Shown: positions 1 to 12,100 of the stretch, one piece after another | Layout of the letters: every line of letters begins with the position of its first letter | How positions within the stretch are numbered: position 1 is the stretch's first letter | Source of the DNA: Phoronis australis | Taxonomy: Eukaryota > Animalia > Phoronida | Length of the DNA stretch: 64,000 bases | Reading direction: 5' to 3' | Assembly: GCA_002633005.1 (NCBI GenBank) | Contig: NMRA01000299.1 | Coordinates: 186,001-250,000 of the forward strand | The notes under the pieces: model-generated | Databases searched by the model: none | What the model saw: only the letters and a program-made list of their open reading frames with translations | What the model was told of the DNA's origin: nothing | Program-made: the position numbers and the translations under genes

Positions 1-59
1 TTTAAAAGCACATGATTGACAGCGAGGCTAAGGTATCCACAAGGAATTACATTACATAC

Positions 60-126
60 CCTTGCATCTTTGATGGCCAATGTGAGAGCAACGTCAGGAA
101 CCTCCTTAATGTTGTCTGACCACCAT
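60..126 (-). CDS. ROCO exon, TIR-like domain (WWSDNIKEVPDVALTLAIKDAR)
   Basis: tttag acceptor, gtatgt donor; its first base completes a Val codon with the previous exon. Confidence 0.8.
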
Positions 127-3100
127 CTAAACAGAACAACAGTTGATGCAAAATGACCATGAGACCCTGCACTACTGTAGCATATCAACTTGCAAGCGAT
201 AAGATTGGATCATTAAAGGCAAAAAAATTCAAAGGATCGTCTTCTGTCAAAGAAATTTTAGTGCTAAATTAACTCAGTGAAATAAGAAATTCCACAGTGT
301 TACTACTCCACAGGGTGTGTTGTCAACAGCCATCAAAGGCGACTGAATGATCTCTCCATCATTACACACATTAAACATTAATTTTCAGGGATTCAAAAGG
401 GCATTGTTGACTTGAAATGAAAACACATTGACCAGAGAACACAATAGTATAAATTTCATCAAACCTCATTTTCAGATTCTATGATTTATGCACTGATCTA
501 CAAAACGCTGTTGTGTTATTTTTTAAAATGATCCACTTTTGCAAGAAGGGCTATGAAAAAAATAAGAACTTTATGATTTTATACAAAAACCTCCTAAGCT
601 GCATAAAAATAAAAGAGGATTTAATAGAAAAATTAATAAATCCATTACTGGACTTACGGTTACATAGAGATGGCTACGTTACATCCTCCTCTCCAGGACT
701 TCATCAGGCCACTGAGTTGTCACGTGACTGGTCATGTGATCTGTCGTACAGTTTTTGCAGGATAGGGCGTTGAAGAGGATCCCGCAAAAACTGTGCGGCA
801 GATCACATGACAAGTCACGTGACAACTCAGTGGCCTGATGAAGTCCTCGAGAGGAGGACGTACCGTAGCCATCTCTATGTAACCGTAAGTGTGAGATTTC
901 TTAATTTTTCTACCTTATTACTCAACTGGATGACTGAAAACATTCATCGTAAACTCATAAGTGTTTACAACATTTAATCTTGAACAATTAAATTTGATGA
1001 TGCCATTCATGCCAAGTGTTTTGATAACGATGTACCTTAGTTTCTGGTTTACTCAATTTCCTAAAAAGCCATGGTGACTTGACTCAATCAATGACAGATC
1101 AAAATCAAATTCCACAAAATGAAGTTCTTCTTTCAGAAAATATAGAATTTTAACAAATAAATTTTATAGTTTTGTAGATAATTGGCTGATAAAGCCCTAT
1201 GTATCCTTAAATCTCATAAAATGGTCTATTCAAATACTAAAGTTTGAACACAATTTGACAAAAAGTGCCAACTTTTACCCATTTTTGAAAATAAGCCATA
1301 TATCTCAAAAACCCTGTAAAAATTTTGTCACTCTTTGTTGAGTAGTCAAGAGTGTTCCTCTGAGAATTCAAAAGCAATGCATTTTGGAGGAACTCGAATG
1401 AAAAAATAAATAATATGGCTGCCATAGACACCATCTTGAAAGTAAAGTTGAGCTGAAATGCAACAAATTTGAGTACCTAACAAGAAAAAAAAATTCATGG
1501 AAGAAATTAAAGCCACAATAATCTGTGCCTTTAGTCAAAAACTAGTTTTGTTTTACCCCACACCATTATTCACAGATTGGACCCGATTTCAAGGCTTGAG
1601 AAGAAATGACAGACAATCACTGCTACAGACTGAGCGTAATCGTTCCTCGTCATAATGGGATAGTCTCGACTACTAAAGCAGTGTGGTACTCACATGAATT
1701 CCAAAAGTTTCATTGCAACATAGTTCAAACAAAGTAAAAGAATTGAACAGCATTGTTTTGGAATGTCATAATTATACACTTGTGAATGTTGTATCTGATA
1801 TCACAATACGGTGGCATAAAGATCAAACTGAGTACCTCGACAAAATGGCGTAAATATCCACTAACTTGATACAGAGGTTGATGGTAACATGCGCAAATCT
1901 ATTTTGCCTGGATTAAGCTAGCCTGGTACTTACACCTTATGACCCAATTCCTCCAAGTCGGTCTTTAATCTTCGAGGATCGATGTGCGTGATAAGTTCTC
2001 CATTAGGCAAATCCTCGCCACAGTAAAGCATAAAGAAGTCTGTTGACATGTCGAGACGCAGATTCTTAAGATTGTTCACAGTTCGCTCAATCTGGGTATC
2101 AAAATCCTGACTATTGTCCGGGGGCATCACAGCTGTATAAATGAAATGCAACATCTTTCTTGAAATTTCAGAATTATGCTGGAATATGCAAATGGCAGTA
2201 AGAAAACCAGTTCGTGATTCATGAGTAGCCTACTAGTCGTTAGTTAAAGATACACAATCAACAGGTTGAAGAACTTAATCATGGTTCATTGATGGTTGAG
2301 ATTCTCTTAATCAACTTCCTTCATCTTAGTTGCAATAGAAACACAGGAATAAAACGCGTAAAATACAACAAAATAAAGCAATGTAATTTATATCAAACAG
2401 GGCCAATTATTTTCTTATATGCTATCAAAACACAAGCTTAAACACAATTTGCTCCTTGAATGTAATCCAAAATTGTTGATTTTTCTCATGTTTAATATTT
2501 ATTCCTCAATCAATACCTGACAGTTCAGAAACCAATACTTTTTATGGTTAGAGGACGGATATTATTCTTCATCCAGGTGAATATTAAATAGAGGCAAAAA
2601 TTATAAAGCATGACAACTGGAATTACCATGAAACAAACTTCCCGACATTGCGGGGCCACCTGGCTCATTCTACTTTGAATTGATGACTGTCTGTTTACAG
2701 TGAAAATTTCATCGCCCTCTGCAGGTGCTCATCAACAACAACTGGAAGGCTCTACATGATGAGTCAGATAGACGCTTAAATTTGACACCTCAGTGCCTTT
2801 TCAGAGAGGGCCTCTGGGCTTTAACCCAGGCAGGCTCTCTGACAACAAGAACCCTTCTCTGAGCAGACACAGAAGTGTTAAATTTAAACTAAGTGACTCA
2901 TTGTCAAGGCCTTGTAGGTGTTGTCGATGCCGTGAATAGTCACGATTTTCAATTTTTTTGCATTTTCATGCACTCATGTTGTCTTTGTACACATATTGAT
3001 ATCAAGAAAGTGTCATTGTCACAGATTTTTTATAGTTTATTCCAAGTGCTTGACCATTTTGTAAATCATGCTTGGTATTTGAAACTTTGACAATTAAACA

Positions 3101-6100
3101 GTTCAGATTGGGCAACTTGACTGGTTTGCACACCACAGATTCTGCCAGTTTAGATCAAAGACACCATGCTGTTGTGGTTAATTAAACTGCTTAAGGCTGC
3201 TAATGTTATACTTCTCTAGATAATGAGATCCACCATAAACATAATGAGACCCACCATAAACATAATGAGACCCACTACAAACATGAAACCCACCACAAAC
3301 ATAATGAGACCCACCACAAACATAATGAGACCCACCATAAACATAATGAGACCCACCATAAACATAATGAGACCCACCATAAACATAATGAGACCCACCA
3401 CAAACATAATGAGACCCACCATAAACATAATGAGACTCACCATAAACATAATGGAGGCAACAACAGTTTTTTTAAATTTTGTTTTGAAAGTTTGTAAATA
3501 GCATAATTTTTTAATAGTTTGTGAAAAGTACATTCAAGTGATTAGGTTTTGAATTTTGACAAGAAATGTGACTTTTACAACCTAAAATGTTAACTTTGTT
3601 TAAAGTTGCAATATCTCCTTGATTAATTGTGCTGGGTTTGCAACATAATTGGGCCAATTACCAAATCACCAGGCAGCAGTTGGATTTTGAGGTGATCCAA
3701 GTGAATGTCATCGGACACTAGACACGATCATACTGAAATGCATCACATATAGCTATGTCTCCAACATCGGCCAACGTCAAAAAATAGCTATGGTTATGGT
3801 ATGGGCAAAAAAGGAGAAAATAACTTAAAGCAAATAACTGAAAAGCCCGAAAACATACAAAGTAAACACCCATCTGTTATCATGATCTTGCCACCTATGT
3901 AACTATCACTGTGTCAAAAAGCAGGACAGTTTGATGCAGTGGCAGGACGAAGGAGGGTCTCACCAAAAGCGAGAGACAGATGGCAACTAATTATGTAATA
4001 ACCCTTAACTAATACACAAAATTGACTGGAAAAGTTACATACCATGAAGCTCAGGTAAGGACAGGGTATGGAAATAGCTGTCGCACTGCAGAAAGGTTGC
4101 CTTCAACTCAGAGGCACGTCGTATCTTACTGGCAGCTATCATGCAGGGCTCCATGTAAGATGACTGTAAACAAGACCACACACAGATAGACTAACTCGAA
4201 CTCACAATGAATGGCAAACAATCTTGAGATTCATTGCCTATAACTGGCACTAACGCTGTGAGTGAATGTGAAATCAACAATTTTCACATCACATTTAAAC
4301 GATTTTAAATATTATAGCTGGAGCTCAAACACCACAATCCTAAGGTACTGGGTAAGGGAATTTCAGAACAAAAATAACTTGTCAGAAATTTTACGTTCTT
4401 GTTTTTAGCATACGACTAAATGGTATAGCTGTCATCAAACATTTATGCCCCTTACGTAACTTACTGTACTTGGGTAGCATGTTTTTGGTTATATGGATAA
4501 TTTGTTTAAGACACAACACTGGTCGTTGTTAAATATCTTTATTCCATTCCATTCGTATCCTCAGAACAATGTTCAAAACTCAACAGAGCATTTGGTATAG
4601 TTGCTGACCAAGAGACACAATTGACTAACACACAATATTTCCAATGTATCAAACTGAAGTGTTTTCCACAATTTCTTGACGGATGGTTTACCTTCATGAC
4701 ATATTGTTGTTAGACAGCACCATTCTGAAGATGCACAGATAACCAATGGGAACGATTGCATACCATTCGACTAACGTAACATTGCTTGACATGTGGACGC
4801 AGACATTCGTTGATAAGGCATACAAACTCATAATCAACGACATACTGGGCAACAGGGTGGACCTTCGCTTTATGTTATTTTTCATAATGAACTTGGGAGG
4901 TCTTCATATTCGGATAATAAATAATGACATCGAGGTAATCATTGGATTTACAAACTTTAACAATATCCCAGATACAAAGAGCACGAAAAGTATTGGAGTC
5001 CCTTCTGATTGCATTCGAAAAATCTATTTTGAATGAGCAGCAAACAGTGTCACGCCGCACGCTACACTTGTTTGAGTGTCTTTCCTGTCATTTTTTTCAG
5101 TATTTCACACTTACCGTGTCCCACTTTGTACGTTTACTAGCTTTTGCTCTGTAGTAGCAGTGCCTCATTTTATTTCCACTTCAGAATGAAACATTTCAAA
5201 GTAGTGTTTTTTAATCATGACTCTCAGTCATTTACATTACCAAAGAATGTCGAACTTTGCTCCAAGGACACAAAAAAAATAGAATAAACATAGTCAACAA
5301 TGGCAAGTGTCATGTCATTACCAAGTTTTGCATAACCTTTTGATATGTAAAATCTCTTCATAAGTGGCTGCGGGGATTTTTGTGCGAGACAACGGCGATT
5401 ACATTGGGGAAACATAAGAATGTTGATAATGATAAGAAGCAGATGACTGAAACACGCAAGTTTAAGACTTGACTCGCGATAGCATCCAGCACAGGTGTAT
5501 GACAACAGGTTGACCGGAAATGAAAAAAATCAAGCAAAGACAGCCTGTGCATTTGACTTGAACTACATAAATTTTAACTTACGGTTTTCAAGCAATCCAG
5601 GCATGGTATTTGGTAGTCATAATGAACACCATGGAATGACTCTTTGACAAGCGTTGCGAATACATCATAAATCAAGTAAAGCATGTTATCTGGATGGGAT
5701 CCTTGAACTTTGACCTCTAATTGATTAGCTGAATCTCTACAACAGGTCAAAGGTCACAATCAAACATCTGGGCCTGATAGCATAAGTTTTATCACAAACC
5801 ATTCTTTCAGCACAACTAGTTTTGCCCACATTTTTCAGGCACAGCTTCTATTTTGAGTGAGATATATGATAATAGAACTATTATACTTCCCAATGCCTAG
5901 GGTTTTGTTAGCAAAATCCCTAATACAATTTTGAAAATTTAAAAACTCACATAGTTACCCTAATTTTTACTCCTCCAGACAGATTTAATGGTTTCCATCG
6001 GTTTTAATGAACAGAAGTTTTAACTCAACATTTTCTACTAAATCCTCATCCAAAATTTAGCATTGATTAGGTAATACATACTTTGTTTGCTTGATAAGAG

Positions 6101-9100
6101 CAATCTGTCCTCCTTTTTTCAAGATGGCTCCAGTTTTCCAGATCAAGGAACTGTTATCAGAGAAATGATACAGACGTACCTGAAAATTGGAATCGGCATT
6201 AAAAGTTACACAGAGTATGTGTAGCACAAAGTTTGAAAATCAAGAGCATTAAACTGACAGGTAAAAAGTCACTGATAAAATAAGAATCAAGGAGTTTATG
6301 ATAATTAAAGGAAAAATTACACTCAAATAGTTCCACTTGCCTCATTTCATGTTCCTTATGCCGTGTTGCAAAATTCAAATCAAAACAACCGAAACTTGCC
6401 ATTGTGTGGAAAATAGTCTCCCAACTTGAAGGTAATGCTTTTATTACCAAAGCGGCACTCAGCAGATCTAGGCTCAAATTTATATGATTTTAACATCAAT
6501 CCAAGACCACAAACTGACATGTCTCAAAACATTGACGTGCCAATGTTAGTGTGACTTCTGGTGGTTTGGAAATAGTACTATGCACATAATAGGTTTGATT
6601 TAATTAAACTGTCACAAAACGACTAATTAATGTATGCATGTTCCCTGTAAATGAATCAAAATCAAAAGTGCATGTTTGCTTGTCTTGCTAGCCAAAAAGC
6701 TCCATACCTGGGCTCTGTTGAACAAACCAGACGGCAGATAGTCAAACAAAAATATCATTTTTGTTTCCCTGATGTTACCAGATAAGTCCTCAATTTCAGG
6801 CCATTGGAACTGCAAATCAAATGCAAAGAGTCTTATCAGTATTAGTACAAACACTAATTATGTTTTACTTACAATGAAAAGTGTCGTGCATTTAACAAAT
6901 TTAACAAATAGATTAAAGCAAACTTTCTTGCCAGGGAGTCTCTACCCACTCGAGAGTAAAATAAAAACGGTGATGCATTTGTAAGGAGCTTCCTTGAAAA
7001 AGTCACGCTGTAGCAGGGTTTTGTTCTTGAAACACAACCTTTTGTAGGAGTTAATTTCGCAAATTAACACAACCCATTCATTCAGTGAAATTCTAGGATA
7101 GCTGACCTTTGACGTATTAAGTCATAATGAGGAAAGGACTTAAAGATAGAGATAAATGTAAAAACTTTAAAAAATTGCCACTAGGAGGCACACCGGTAGT
7201 CGGATCTGCCAGAAAGTTTGCTCAAGCTGTCCCATTCATGAAAGGAACACAATCATGTTCAAAATTTTATGAACATACATCAAAGGGTGTTGGAGATAAA
7301 GCAGCAGACGCCAGACAGACCGGGATTATGCCATAAAACTGTAATAGTTCCAGTTTGAAAAAGACACCCATCATAATTCTAAATGCCACATCCCATATAT
7401 CTCTCAGTCTATAGTATTACTTCTGCACTTTTGAGTGTGTTAAAAAGGCCTGTTGCGCTATGCAGTTAGGACAGTGTACAACATGCGCTTCATCAATCAA
7501 GAGAATTTGAACCCAGTGCAAAAGTCATGCTAAGCTAATGACAACACTAAAAAACACTGGATTAGCACGTGGGAGAGTCATTCTGGTTATGTAAGCAGAA
7601 TGCCATGACTGGCGTGTTATCGTAAACTTTGTGAATTTCTGGACAAAATTGCCAATGGTCTGCCTCTCAGTGGTGTTTGTTTGCACTTCTGGATTTTACA
7701 TCAATTTGCAACCAAGATACAAATTAGAGACTATTACAGTACTGAAAACTTAAATATAAAATTAACAAATACAATAAAAAGGTAATGTTCAAATGGCCAA
7801 CGGTAAACAAACAATTTTTGATTTGAATGCTAAGAAACCCGATACATTGTAATCAAATAGGTGCTGGAATGCTGTGCAGTTACCGACAGATAAAAATACA
7901 AAATAGTAAAACCACTAAAAACTAAAACGATGAGAGTCAGTATTAAACAAGAGCAACGCAGAGCATTGAAATGCGCCCACGAATGCATCGCAAATGGTGT
8001 GCTTTAGGGGTTGCTTATTTGTGTCATAAAAATGAATACTAGATGGCACAAAAACATCCAAAAACGGGAACATGTCATTGCTTCTTTAATAGAAAGCTAG
8101 ACACCAAATTTCATACAAATCCATCACGGAACTTCCGTGAAACAAAGAAAAACAGAATAAAATGAAATTGCCACAAGGGTACACAGTGTTCATTGGGTCC
8201 GCCTGAAAGTCATCATTGTCTGTTGTTAGCTTCATACAAATGCACTTACAAAATTTAAAAAAGATCCTGCTGTGGGTTTAGGCAGGCTTTCAAGCAGTTT
8301 TAGGCCAAAAAGTAGGGAAAAAGTAGGACACATTTTCAAAAAAAATTAGGAAAAAGTAGGAACTGTGGAGTGAAAAGTAGGAAAAAGTAGGAACAAGAGC
8401 AGGCGTTCAGGAATAGTTTTCAACAATATTTACCAAATGAATGACGTTCACCTCATGTCAGAGGCAGTAATCACCATTAGTTGGAGAGCTAGCAAGACTT
8501 TATTCACAATTTTGAGTGTAAAAAGTTTGACTGCGTAATTTTATTGAACATCACGTACCATTGACGGAAAGGAGCATCTCAAGTGGCACAGTCCTTGGGT
8601 TTTAATCCCTGGGGGGTCCAATAGAGGACCCAAATGTCCATTTAATTAAAATTTCGAGTACAACATCCCTTACAAGTGCATTTCATGCAAATTACCACTC
8701 AAATAAAAATCATACAACTTAAAACGTGAAAATGCTTGGGGTGATTAAGACACTTACTAATTAACAACCAATTAATGATATATTTAAACTTTTAAGTGCA
8801 ACGAAAAATTCTTTTACCAAAAAACAGCAATTTTATTACTACTATGCGTAAATCATATTATTTCAAATGCACAAAAATACATTTGAAGATATGAACAATT
8901 TACTATCAAATACAACAAAAATGAAACAAAAACATATTAAGTTGGGATACATCTGAAACTAAATATTACATGTAGCTAGCTTCAAATTAGAGCTAAACTG
9001 CTTGAAGCATAATTTTATCTCGTGGCAACAAGTGAAAGTACATGGGATTGTGATGCATGGCACAGTCTATAAAACCGGAATCCAAAAGGTAATAATTATT

Positions 9101-12100
9101 CACTCTGCTGTAATTTAACTGCAAACATTAAGTCGTGATCATCCCCACTCTCTTCATCAGATGTTTCCATTTCTCTTGTTATAGGATCATGATCTTCGTC
9201 TACATCACTGTTGATACCGTCACCTCTATCAGCATCGCCACCATTGCCATCTAGCTATGTTTTGACTTGAACCTCTGGAATGAGCGCAGGGTGCATCTGT
9301 TCTCCACTGAATTAAATGATTCAAAATTCGCCGTCAACACTTTCCCATCCATTGGTGGGTATTATGTCCAGGATTTGGAGATGAGCGGTACCCCATACTC
9401 TAGTGACAAATGCACTTCTATCCATGTGAAGTGCTAGCTCAACTTCACATGGTGGAATACTGCTGACCTCAACGCTTTTAAGCTTCTGAAATGGGTTTTG
9501 TCAACCACACTGAACCGGTGCTTGCTTAGTTGAACAAGTTTCTGTGCTGCGTACAACACACAAAACAAAATCATGCAAGATTTTGAGTACTTTTTCTGTT
9601 GGAACATCGCGGTTCAATGAAGTAAAAGCTCTCTGGAACTTATCACTCTTTGCCTGCTCTTTCAGGTATAGTCACATCCAATGAACGTGTGTAGGCCGAG
9701 GTATTAGTTACATTTAAATAACATAGATTGCCTTGTCCTCTAGGCCTAACCTCCATCCACCCCATGGATGTAACTCAATGGACATGGTGTAGGAGCAACA
9801 CTAGAGAATGTCGGTGTCAGAACCTCTTATGACGATGTCGCCAGGTGTGGGTTTGTTCGCCTCAATTATATGAAGGATGACTCTGATGTCGGCTTCAAAG
9901 TAATTCCAGTTTAGAGATGGAACAGATTCTGTGCATACTTCTCCATCTTCAACAAAATACCAAGTACACTCTCCCATCACTCTCCAATATACTTCCCTTC
10001 CATAGAGAAGTGGACTGTAGAAGTTGCTCAACCAATCCTTGGCGAGAAAGAATGATAGCTCTTGTTTGAACGACTCCCACTCGAGTTCTTTCGTGAACCA
10101 GGTCTCTTTTCTTTTCAGATCGTTTTCTAATAAGTTCGCCTCTTACAGAAGGTCTTATTGTCCCTCGGGGTCCAAACAACCCTGTGTCATTTATAAACCC
10201 CAAGAAAAGCTGCGTCTTAAGTTGTGGATATGGTGTCCAAATTTGCTAATCTATCTTTTGGAATTTTTTTTGTTGCATTTACAAGTTTAAATAAATTATT
10301 AACCAGTCGTTAATTAAAAAGTGTTTAAGTTGATACACAAGGAATTTTTGTCTTAAATCGTATTTTTGTTCATTTCAAATAACGTTTTATCTATACCTGA
10401 AATCAGAATTGTCGTATTTCCTCTTTTGTACAAGTCAAGTTCATTTTTGGGGGTCTTATTATACCCCAGGAAAAATGAATTCTTAAGTTGTGATTATGTT
10501 GTCTACAGTTACTAAGCTATCTTTTGAAAAGAGAACTTTTGTCCCCACTTAAAAGTTGAAATAAATTGTTAAATGGCTGCTAATTAATAGGCATCTTAAT
10601 TAATAAACCCCAAGAATTCTCACATCTTAACTAGCATCATTTTAATAAATAAAATGGATTTTTGGGGCCCCTTTTGGACCACATCAGGGACCAAAGCACA
10701 GGATTGTGCAATGAAGACGCCCGTTTCCTTCAATGGAAGGTGATTTACAATAGAATTATGCACTCAAACCTTTTGCACTCAAAAGTGTGAATAAAGTCTT
10801 GCTGGCTGGTCTTTTGGTTAGCATCACTTGTGCTGGAGTAAGTACTTTGTGTGCTACTCCTGATAACCTAAAACGACTACTCACTACTCCTAAAACATAA
10901 TTTTGATAGAAATTTTAAAGCTGTGAGAAAAAAGTAGGAAAAAGTAGGAAAAGTAGGAACGCTTGAAAGCCTGGTTTAGGAGATACAGCTATGGGCGCTA
11001 AACAAAACAAAACTACCACTAGGTGGCGCCAGAGTAGTCAAAGTCGTCATCATCAACTGTCCTCTTCACACTGAGCACACTATAATGCCAATTTTCAAAA
11101 CATGTTTAGAATGATTTGGATGATAGAGAGGTAGACGCCAAAAAACACACTCGAAAACAGCAAAAATGGCCACTAGCTGCTGCAAAGTACCTTCATTCCA
11201 TCCGAAAATGGGAGGATAGCGTCATCTCAACAATAGATGCCCGTATTCAAAATTTTATGAAAATCTGTAGAGGAAATTTGAAGATACAGAGGTAAACGTA
11301 AAACTAAAATTGCCACCAGGGGGCATACCAGTAGTCAGATCCATCCCAAAATCATTGTCGTCTGTTGTCAACATCATATAAACACGTCGAATCCATCTGA
11401 AAACCAGAGGAAAGCATCATCTTGCTAGTGGGTACTATATACCAAATTTTATGAAAATCTGTTCAGGACTTTTGAAGAAAAAGAGTTAAACATAAAAAAC
11501 TAAAATTGCCACTAGAGGGCACATTTGTAGTCTGATCCCTTCGAAAGTTCGCTCATGTCGCCCCATCCACGAAAGAAACACATGTGCTAAATTTCATGAA
11601 CATACAACAAGGCGTTTTGTAGATAGAGCAGCGGACGCAGAATGTCGGACGGATGGACAGAGATGACGGCATAATGCGTCCACATATAAATACGTGAACG
11701 CATAAATATATTAAAATAGTCCCCACGTTTCGAGCAATGCACTCTTTGTTGAGGTTATGATACAAACTGCTGAATACATGTAGATGGATATAAATAAAAT
11801 GGTAATACATTGTCTCATACAGTAGTTTAATATTGAACTATTTACAGATTTTACTATTTTCAAAACAATTACAGCCTCAAAGTAGGTCAGTGGTAGTACT
11901 AATTGCACCCAAGCTCATCATTGTACAAACCTCAGGTTCAGAGTCTGACAGCAGACAGGGAACCAGGTTAGCATTCTGTCCTTTCAGCGGGAAGGTAAGA
12001 TCAAACGCTTCCGTCAGTCGAAGTAGCCACTGATGCTGATCAGATGGATATTTTTTCCAAACAGCACCAATGTCTGCATGGAAGAATCGGCCATCCTGAA

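Larger units (their letters stand above)
7948..11705 (+). mobile_element. Pearl/HINE (Helentron-like) non-autonomous element, interrupted at 8283-10973
   Basis: CAAGAG...ATGCGCCCAC 5' end, internal ~150 bp repeats, GGAC repeats, 3' hairpin ending GCATAA. Confidence 0.8.
7853..11805 (-). mobile_element. Solo Penelope-like terminal repeat split by later insertions (7853-7947 plus 11706-11805)
   Basis: The two halves joined match the intact terminal repeat at 54969-55160. Confidence 0.8.

Noticed and set aside
3216-3533. Repetitive ORFs on both strands (MFMVGLI / MRPTINI repeats)
   Set aside because: Translation of a 21-bp intronic minisatellite. Not a CRISPR array, since there are no unique spacers.
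4450-5060. Cluster of short ORFs, with DYLDVIIY reminiscent of a retroelement RT or ENaC
   Set aside because: Too degenerate to assign; possibly an old retroelement fragment.
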